Source: Gemmatimonadales bacterium (GTDB taxonomy: Bacteria > Gemmatimonadota > Gemmatimonadetes > Gemmatimonadales > GWC2-71-9). From it: a stretch of 64,000 bases of DNA. The stretch's first letter is position 1. Each line of letters starts with the position of its first letter. The stretch is taken from NCBI GenBank assembly GCA_036393515.1, contig DASWGV010000094.1, positions 5,527 through 69,526 on the forward strand, written 5' to 3'. The position numbers were made by a program, and so were the translations under genes. The notes below the pieces were generated by a model. That model ran no database searches, was not told where the DNA came from, and saw only the letters and a list, made by a program, of their open reading frames with translations. Positions 26,730 through 33,030 of the stretch are shown here, one piece after another.

Positions 26730-27611
26730 CTACGCCAGGCAAACGTATCCGCCACGGCAGGCGAGGTTCCAGCCGCTGCTGACCCTGGCGATGCTTCCGG
26801 GCCGCTCTTGGTGGCGCGATTCGCTGTAGCCAACCACCCGCCGGTAATGGATGGTCCGTCCGCGAGCATCGGCCAGGGGCTCTCGAAACCGGGACGCGAG
26901 TCCTCCAAGGAAGTGCCACACTCGTTCCACGTCCCATTCTGTGAACCGGACCATCGGCGTTCCCGGATTGACCCGCGGGGCCCGGGTGGCCAACCGTTCG
27001 TCCTGGGGCTGTCGCTGGACGACGCCTCGTTCGATGGCGGCCACCGTACGCCGCAGCAGGGTCGCCCCGCGACGCCCCATTTCGGAATACAACGCGTCGA
27101 TGGGGGTGCCTCGGTGGAGGGCGAACCGCTCCTGATCGAGAAGAGCCCCCGCGTCGGCACGCTCGCCGGCCTCGTGGACCGTCACCCCGGTCTCGCGGTC
27201 GTCGTGGTAGTACGTCCAGAAGTACGGGTTCGCCCCACGGTGACGCGGCAGCAGGGATGGGTGCAGGTTCACGGTGCCGTAACGCGGGATGGTGAGGAGG
27301 CCGGGATCCAGCAGCCAGGGGAACGTCGCGATACAGGCGACGTCAGGCTTGATTTGCGCCAGCGCCGTCATCATCCTTTCATCGCTGCCGCGTTGAGCCC
27401 GAAGCACTGTTATCGGGGCTCGCCGCGTCCACATCGCCACCGGGTCCTTAGGGCGAAGGCCAGTCGCGCGGGCCGCTCTGCCGAGCAGTCTCCTCGCTAG
27501 GGAGGCTGTTGAGACGGGCCTCACGACCGCGACGATTTCGTGGTCCTCCGCCAGGGCCTCCAGGGCCTGGAGACCGAACGTCCCCCCATTGGTCAAGAAG
27601 GCAATCCTCAT
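26730..27611 (-). CDS. formyltransferase (Fmt/PurN-like N-terminal domain plus Fmt-like C-terminal domain)
   Basis: MRIAFLTNG..., the catalytic region TVNLHPSLLPRHRGANP, and 293 aa length. Confidence 0.8.
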   Translation of the reverse strand: MRIAFLTNGGTFGLQALEALAEDHEIVAVVRPVSTASLARRLLGRAARATGLRPKDPVAMWTRRAPITVLRAQRGSDERMMTALAQIKPDVACIATFPWLLDPGLLTIPRYGTVNLHPSLLPRHRGANPYFWTYYHDDRETGVTVHEAGERADAGALLDQERFALHRGTPIDALYSEMGRRGATLLRRTVAAIERGVVQRQPQDERLATRAPRVNPGTPMVRFTEWDVERVWHFLGGLASRFREPLADARGRTIHYRRVVGYSESRHQERPGSIARVSSGWNLACRGGYVCLA

Positions 27612-27632
27612 GACGGACCTTTACGAGAACCG

Positions 27633-28217
27633 ATGTCAGTCTCGATTCCGCACCTCCCGGTGACCCAGCACCCGATCGCCGAACGTGAAGCACGGTTACG
27701 CCAGCTCCTACCGCTGCTCAAGCGGGCGGGCAGCGAATTCGAGTCCGTCTTGAACGGGTCAAGCATGATCCCGGCCATCCCCGACGGCGCAGTGATTCGC
27801 ATTCGATGCGCCAGTCTGGTCGATTGCCGCGTCGGTGACATCGTTGTCACGCAGGACGCTGGGCAGCTGGTTGCGCACCGAATCGTCTATCGGGGGCGTC
27901 GTGCGGCGGCATCGCGGCACATCCTCACGCGGGGAGATGCGCTCTGGCTTCCCGATCCGCCGCTCCCCGTCGACGCCTTGCTGGGGCGTGTGACCGAGGT
28001 CCACCGTAATGGGGCGTGGGCGCCGCCTGAGGGGGCACGGCCGGTCCCGGGGCCCGCTCGACTATGGCTCAGCGTGATCTCGTGGGTCCTTGAGTCCAGC
28101 GTGCCGCTGGCTGTGGGATTGGCGCTGGTCGCGGGCGCCCTTCGGCGACTCACGCTCAGAATGCGTCGGGCGGTCGCACGGCTACGGGCCGGAAGCCGCC
28201 CGCGCGGAGCCGCGTAG
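27633..28217 (+). CDS. S26/S24-family serine peptidase, SipW (ER/archaeal)-type signal-peptidase-like, C-terminal TM anchor
   Basis: NGSSMIPAIPDGAVI (catalytic Ser box), VAHRIV (His box), TRGDA (the KGDNN-equivalent), and a C-terminal hydrophobic segment LAVGLALVAGAL. ATG at 27633. Confidence 0.65.
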   Translation: MSVSIPHLPVTQHPIAEREARLRQLLPLLKRAGSEFESVLNGSSMIPAIPDGAVIRIRCASLVDCRVGDIVVTQDAGQLVAHRIVYRGRRAAASRHILTRGDALWLPDPPLPVDALLGRVTEVHRNGAWAPPEGARPVPGPARLWLSVISWVLESSVPLAVGLALVAGALRRLTLRMRRAVARLRAGSRPRGAA

Positions 28218-28251
28218 GCGCATCGCGTCCACGCGGCGACGAGCAACCGCC

Positions 28252-29037
28252 TCACGTGCCGGGGGTGATGGCCTTCCTGCTCGCCTCTACCGCCGCCCGC
28301 CGGGCCGTTGACATCTCGGCCGCCCTGCGTACTTCATCCGGATCGAAGCCGGCCTCGAGCCGTTCTGCCTGGGCAACCGGGTACTTCGAGACCTCGGTCC
28401 CCCCCCGGGCGAAGACCACCTGGAAGGCCCTGGCCGCGTGGGTCAGGGCCGTTGCCATGCGGAGCACGTTTCGGGGGTCCTGGCCGACCTGCCGCCGGAT
28501 CCATTCGTTGGCAAACCCGACGTGGACGATCTCGTCAGCTTGCTGCGCTTCGAGCATGCGGGTCATCGCGTCGTCGCCCATGGCTTCGGCCTCTCGCACG
28601 CCCAGGGTCACGGCGTCCAGGCCGTCGGCTTCGAAGGTGCGGTTCTCGACCGCCAGGCGGCCGATCAGTGTATTGATTTGCCTCAGGACGCGGTACTGGA
28701 AATTCAAGACGGGATACTCGCCGATGCGAACGCCGCGCGCCCGCATCAGGCGGCTGTAGAACAAGACATGCCGGGCTTCATCGGAACACTGACGTGCCAG
28801 CCACATCCTTATGCCCCAGTCCGCATCCGGGAAGTCCACCAGGCTTTGCGCCGCGTTCTCCATCACGTTGGCTTCCTCGTTCATCTGGCGATGCAGGAAC
28901 TCGCGGCGGTGCTCGGGTGTGCCATCCGCATGATTCACCAACTCGGCCCAGAGTTCCTTAACCGTGAACCGCGCGTCGCGGGCCTGCCCCTCTCCCAGCA
29001 GCGAAGGATCGAGGCCTGGTGGGGCGCTGGTCGTCAC
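28252..29037 (-). CDS. ferritin-like di-iron protein, DUF455-like (paralogue 1)
   Basis: Di-iron carboxylate ligand pattern: NEEA...DEARH...NRTFEA...ADEIVH. Clear paralogy to the upstream gene. Confidence 0.65.
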   Translation of the reverse strand: MTTSAPPGLDPSLLGEGQARDARFTVKELWAELVNHADGTPEHRREFLHRQMNEEANVMENAAQSLVDFPDADWGIRMWLARQCSDEARHVLFYSRLMRARGVRIGEYPVLNFQYRVLRQINTLIGRLAVENRTFEADGLDAVTLGVREAEAMGDDAMTRMLEAQQADEIVHVGFANEWIRRQVGQDPRNVLRMATALTHAARAFQVVFARGGTEVSKYPVAQAERLEAGFDPDEVRRAAEMSTARRAAVEASRKAITPGT

Positions 29038-29846
29038 GCGCTCGCCCTTTCCGCCAGCCGTGAGGGGAGGATCGAGCGGAACCCGGCTTGCCGCAGGACT
29101 TCCTTCACCTCGTCCTCGGTGAAATCCGCAGCCAGTCGGTCATCTACGTTGACCGCCGGTGCGGCCTTTGGCTTGAGGGGGACGCCCACAGCGTTGACTT
29201 CGCCCTCGCGGATCGCAACGTTCTCGTTGGCTCGACCCAGGAAGCGGACGGCCATCGCCACCTTGAGCAACACGGTCGGATCCTGCTCGGTCATCTGCCT
29301 GATCCATCGGTTCGCGAACCGGACGTGCGTGATCTCGTCGGCCAGGATTCCGTCGAGGAGGTCCGCGGTGACCCCGTCGCCCGCCTCCCTCCAGGTGTTG
29401 CGCAACGCGCCGAGGAGGTCGATCAGCCCGGCCTCGAATGTCCGGTTTTGCACAGCCAGACGACCGGGGAGGTTCTCCAACATTCCCGTCACGCCCCACT
29501 CATAGTTGGCGATGGGGAACTCACCCTTGTACCCCCCGAGCTCGCGGAGCCGGCGGTACAACAGGGTGGCGTGACGTGCCTCGTCGGCGGCCTGGCGCGC
29601 CAGCAGCATCCGGAGCTCCCATGGGGCATCCGGGAAGTCCGAGACACACAGCGCAGCGATTTCCAGCGCTCCGGCCTCGTTATTCATGTGGCGATGGATG
29701 CGTTCGCGGCGGGACATGTCCGACATGTCGGGCCATTCGGCCATCTCGGAATCCAGGTCCACACAAGTGAAACACGGCTCCCGCGCGGGTGCCTGTCGGA
29801 GGGTGACGCCACGGACCACCTTGGTCTCAAACGACACGCCAGTCAC
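29034..29846 (-). CDS. ferritin-like di-iron protein, DUF455-like (paralogue 2)
   Basis: NNEA...DEARH...NRTFEA...ADEITH. Shares blocks with paralogue 1 (DFPDAxW, LARQxxDEARH, GRLAVxNRTFEA, FANxWIR). 4-nt overlaps at both ends. Confidence 0.65.
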   Translation of the reverse strand: MTGVSFETKVVRGVTLRQAPAREPCFTCVDLDSEMAEWPDMSDMSRRERIHRHMNNEAGALEIAALCVSDFPDAPWELRMLLARQAADEARHATLLYRRLRELGGYKGEFPIANYEWGVTGMLENLPGRLAVQNRTFEAGLIDLLGALRNTWREAGDGVTADLLDGILADEITHVRFANRWIRQMTEQDPTVLLKVAMAVRFLGRANENVAIREGEVNAVGVPLKPKAAPAVNVDDRLAADFTEDEVKEVLRQAGFRSILPSRLAERASA

Positions 29847-30406
29847 ACAACCTCCGCGGTCTTGGGCGGAGGCCGGAAATCGACGTAGTCCCGGGCACTG
29901 GCGGCCATCCTCCTGAGGCGCTCCAGCCAGGCTCGGTCGGCGGTCGGGAGGTCCGGACGTTCCTGGCCGAGCTGCTCTCGGTCCCGCCGCATCCTCGTGA
30001 AGTCGGCCAGCACGCGTTCGAGGATGCGGACCGTGGGCTCGTCCATCAGGTGGTCGGTCTCATCGAGATAGCGGCGGCAGCGGGACCCCAGGTCGGGCAT
30101 GAGGACCTCGAAAAAACCGTCGAGGCGCTCAGGGGTTCCCGCCGCCCCAGCCATGGTCTCGAGGACCACCATGAACGCCGCAGTCGGCCGGCGGGATTGA
30201 TGGAGTCCGAGGCGCAGCTCCGCGGTTCGCTTGCCGAACGCGTCGGCGTGCTGGGCCAGATCCCACAGATGCCGTCCGAAGAGCACCTTGACCTCGAGCT
30301 CCGGCGTGGTCGGTACCCAGCGCGCCAGGGTTTCCATCAGGTAGACCGAAATGAAGCGAAAGGTCGCGACCGCATCCGCTTTTTCCCGAATCGACAGCCC
30401 CATCAA
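29843..30406 (-). CDS. hypothetical all-helical protein (possible ferritin-like accessory subunit)
   Basis: 187 aa, helix-rich (FISVYLMETLARWV, GRHLWDLAQHADAFGKR, LMDEPTVRILERVL). Translationally coupled on both sides. Family not recognised. Confidence 0.45.
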   Translation of the reverse strand: MMGLSIREKADAVATFRFISVYLMETLARWVPTTPELEVKVLFGRHLWDLAQHADAFGKRTAELRLGLHQSRRPTAAFMVVLETMAGAAGTPERLDGFFEVLMPDLGSRCRRYLDETDHLMDEPTVRILERVLADFTRMRRDREQLGQERPDLPTADRAWLERLRRMAASARDYVDFRPPPKTAEVV

Positions 30407-31497
30407 TCCTCCGGAAGTCGTTCGAGGACATCGGCCGCTTCATCGGCCGACCTTACCTCCAGGAAATAACAGCGCACCTGCGAAAACAGTGTGAGCACCC
30501 GCATAACGCGCTCCGCCGGTCGCGCACGCCACAGCGAGCACCCTAACGGGGAGAATATCGCCCACTGATCCCGCCCGGGTACGAACCGGACCAACCTGGT
30601 CGTATCCCCGAACCCGCGGAGCACAACGACCGATCGGAGCGGGACCGGTCTGACTCCGGACTCGGGAAACAGCTCACCGACCCGTCCCCGCAGGCGGGTC
30701 GAGCCGTCGGGGAACGCCTCGGTTTGGAGGTGGGCCTGAGCCAGCGTCCGCTGCACGGCGGTGGCCGTCGGCCCGGGCCGCACCGAAACGGACCGGCGGA
30801 ACGGAAGCAGGACCCGGGTCGCGACGCGCACCGCGGCCACTTCGTCCCCAAGAAAGTCGTGACCGCGCGCCGCCAGCGCCAGGGCCAATGTCGTTTTTCC
30901 CGCTCCCTTGGGCCCGGTGAGCAGCATCCCGGCACCGTTCACGCCGAGCGCCGCCGCGTGGTAACACAGGAGGTCCGGCTGCTGGCCGAGCACCTGGTTG
31001 ACCGCGAGGTTGGCCACGAACCGCTGCCAAGGCGCCCGTCGGTCGACGAGGATCTCGTCCGCCCCGAATGCGAAGAGCGTCCCACTCCCGTCACTCGGCG
31101 TCAGTCCGCGCCAGCCCGCGGTGCCGACCGCGACCTCCCGGTATCCTCGGCCGCCGAAAAGATGCAGGGCAAACTCCATCAGGTCGAGTCGTCCACCGTC
31201 CACCTGCACCAGGGAGCGCGACGGGGAGTCGATCGACCGTACCGAGTAGGCCACCGGCGTACCTTCCGGTGCCGCGCCCCGCGTCGCGCACTCCCGATAC
31301 AGTTCGTCAAACCGGTTGGAGAACTCGGCGTCATCGGCCCGTACGCCAAGATGCCCATCACCGAGCCGGTACCACGTGGTTCCGGTCGGGATGGGCATCC
31401 GGTCGAACTTCGAATGGCAGGCTGCGATGTCTTGGGGCGACCGCAATCCTACGGACGGCTTGTGGGCTGCACCGTCCGGATCACGCTCCCCGGCCAT
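30403..31497 (-). CDS. HprK-related P-loop serine kinase-like protein
   Basis: The C-terminal half has GMLLTGPKGAGKTTLALALAARGHDFLGDEV, the HPr-kinase C-domain P-loop pattern. 364 aa. Confidence 0.75.
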   Translation of the reverse strand: MAGERDPDGAAHKPSVGLRSPQDIAACHSKFDRMPIPTGTTWYRLGDGHLGVRADDAEFSNRFDELYRECATRGAAPEGTPVAYSVRSIDSPSRSLVQVDGGRLDLMEFALHLFGGRGYREVAVGTAGWRGLTPSDGSGTLFAFGADEILVDRRAPWQRFVANLAVNQVLGQQPDLLCYHAAALGVNGAGMLLTGPKGAGKTTLALALAARGHDFLGDEVAAVRVATRVLLPFRRSVSVRPGPTATAVQRTLAQAHLQTEAFPDGSTRLRGRVGELFPESGVRPVPLRSVVVLRGFGDTTRLVRFVPGRDQWAIFSPLGCSLWRARPAERVMRVLTLFSQVRCYFLEVRSADEAADVLERLPED

Positions 31498-31536
31498 CCC
31501 GCCAAGCGACGCAGTACAGTGTGGGGATCGCTGTCG

Positions 31537-31656
31537 CTACCACCACCAACTTGCGCCGGCGCTGGTGATCTGGAAGGCCGCCAGCATTTCGGTTTCGTCC
31601 ATGACCTTCACCGTCGGCGTCTGGTACTTGCGTTTGGACACGGGGGTCTGCTTCAT
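31537..31656 (-). CDS. candidate RiPP/cofactor precursor peptide, 39 aa (MKQTPVSKRKYQTPTVKVMDETEMLAAFQITSAGASWWW)
   Basis: Read by hand; it is below the ORF-track size cutoff. ATG at 31656, TAG at 31539-31537, and GAGGAG 5 nt upstream. 34 of 39 codons end in G/C. It sits between the PqqD-like and HprK-like genes on the same strand. It has a YxxPxV leader-like motif. Confidence 0.6.
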   Translation of the reverse strand: MKQTPVSKRKYQTPTVKVMDETEMLAAFQITSAGASWWW

Positions 31657-31696
31657 GTGTTCTCCTCGTGGTGCGGTTTGACCGTGATCGACCGGG

Positions 31697-32035
31697 TCAC
31701 ACGGGAACGACGATCTTCAACTCCGCAAACTGTCGTAGGGTCTTCTGAACGTCCTGCGCGGCCAACGGCGCGTCCACACCCTCGAATTCGCTACAGAGCT
31801 GTGATGACAGATCATCTTCGCTCCTCGGGTGCTCCAGCAGCTTCCAGAGGAACGCCGCCGTCTCGTTCAGCACGCAGAACTTCTTGGTCACAGGGTTGAA
31901 CAACACCGCTTCGTCCTGCATCGGCGCCGCTTCAATCTCCGGACTTCGCTGATACCGTGTCACACCCACCCTCCCACTGGCAACAGCTTCAATAACTTCG
32001 CTACCGGAAGCTGTCAAGACAAGCACGGCCATCAC
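31697..32035 (-). CDS. PqqD-family peptide-binding protein (RRE-type chaperone)
   Basis: EAVLFNPVTKKFCVLNETAAFLWKLLEHPRSEDDLSSQLCSEF...DVQKTLRQFAELKIV matches the PqqD pattern. The start (GTG 32035 or ATG 32032) overlaps the upstream stop. Confidence 0.8.
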   Translation of the reverse strand: MMAVLVLTASGSEVIEAVASGRVGVTRYQRSPEIEAAPMQDEAVLFNPVTKKFCVLNETAAFLWKLLEHPRSEDDLSSQLCSEFEGVDAPLAAQDVQKTLRQFAELKIVVPV

Positions 32036-32940
32036 ACCAGCGTTGCTCGCTCGGCCACTTCTCGTTTGGGACCCTCCGGGTCTTCACGCGTGGGCCTCCG
32101 AGGCGCGAATTGGCGCGCGAGTAGCCCGAACGGCGTAACGAGGTGGGCGAGGAGCGACTCCTTCATTTCGAGTCCCGGAACGCCGTAACGCACCGGGCGC
32201 GGCGCATGAGTGATGGCGGTTCCGAAAACATAGTCCCAAAAACTGAACATCGCTCCGAAGTTCCTGTTTGCGTGCGCCGGGTCCGTCGAGTGGTGAATGG
32301 AGTGAAACACGGGGCTGACGACCACCGGGTACCCGGGGCCAAACCGCCAATTCAACTCGGCATGTTGCAGGGCCTGCAGGGCGACGAGGATCGCGTACAG
32401 TGGGATCCAGGTGCGCATGGGAATGCCGAGGATCAACACGAACACGACGAACATCACCACTTGGGCATAGAGCATCTCCAGCGGGTGACGCCGGTACTGC
32501 GTGAGGGTGTTCAACTGCTCCTGAGAATGATGGACGGTGTGGAATGCCCACAACATCGGTACCGCATGCTGTAACCGGTGGATCCAGTAGAGCACGAAGT
32601 CGCCGACGATGAGATAGATGGGAACCGCGATGATGGAGGGCATGTTGGGAAGGAGCTCGAGCCGCAGGAATTCCAGGCGGGCCCCCAGCGCGTTCGTGAC
32701 CACGGAGAGAATGAACATCACGTACACGCCGCTCCGGTAAAACAGCGCCCAAGCAGCGTCCGTCGCAAAATGCTTGGAGAGGAGTCGGCGCGACGACACG
32801 CCCTGGCGTCGCTCCGCCAGCTGCACGAGGATCACGACACCCAACAGCAGCGCGGTGCCGAACAGCGCCGATCTCGTCAGCTCTCCCAATCGCAGCGTCG
32901 CGACGAGGTCCGTGGCGACGTCCGGTTCGCTTGTTGTCAT
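32032..32940 (-). CDS. fatty-acid hydroxylase / sterol desaturase superfamily membrane di-iron enzyme
   Basis: Three histidine boxes (HRLQH, HTVHH, HSIHH) in a polytopic membrane protein of 302 aa. Confidence 0.85.
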   Translation of the reverse strand: MTTSEPDVATDLVATLRLGELTRSALFGTALLLGVVILVQLAERRQGVSSRRLLSKHFATDAAWALFYRSGVYVMFILSVVTNALGARLEFLRLELLPNMPSIIAVPIYLIVGDFVLYWIHRLQHAVPMLWAFHTVHHSQEQLNTLTQYRRHPLEMLYAQVVMFVVFVLILGIPMRTWIPLYAILVALQALQHAELNWRFGPGYPVVVSPVFHSIHHSTDPAHANRNFGAMFSFWDYVFGTAITHAPRPVRYGVPGLEMKESLLAHLVTPFGLLARQFAPRRPTREDPEGPKREVAERATLV

Positions 32941-33030
32941 ACCATTGAACTATCGGTCTTGAGTCCACGACGTGTCAAGCAGCCGCCGGCTTCGTGAGGG
33001 TTCCTCCTGGCCACAGATCGGAGAGCCCGT

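Noticed and set aside
28209-28237. GC-rich hairpins in gene gaps, considered as intrinsic terminators: GCCGCGT-15 nt-ACGCGGC at 28209-28237, CCGCCC-ctcgc-GGGCGG at 36682-36698, and CGGGCGG-gcg-CCGCCCG at 61931-61947
   Set aside because: The stems are real in the sequence, but none is followed by a U-rich tract on the relevant strand. In this GC content such stems arise easily, so I did not call them terminators.
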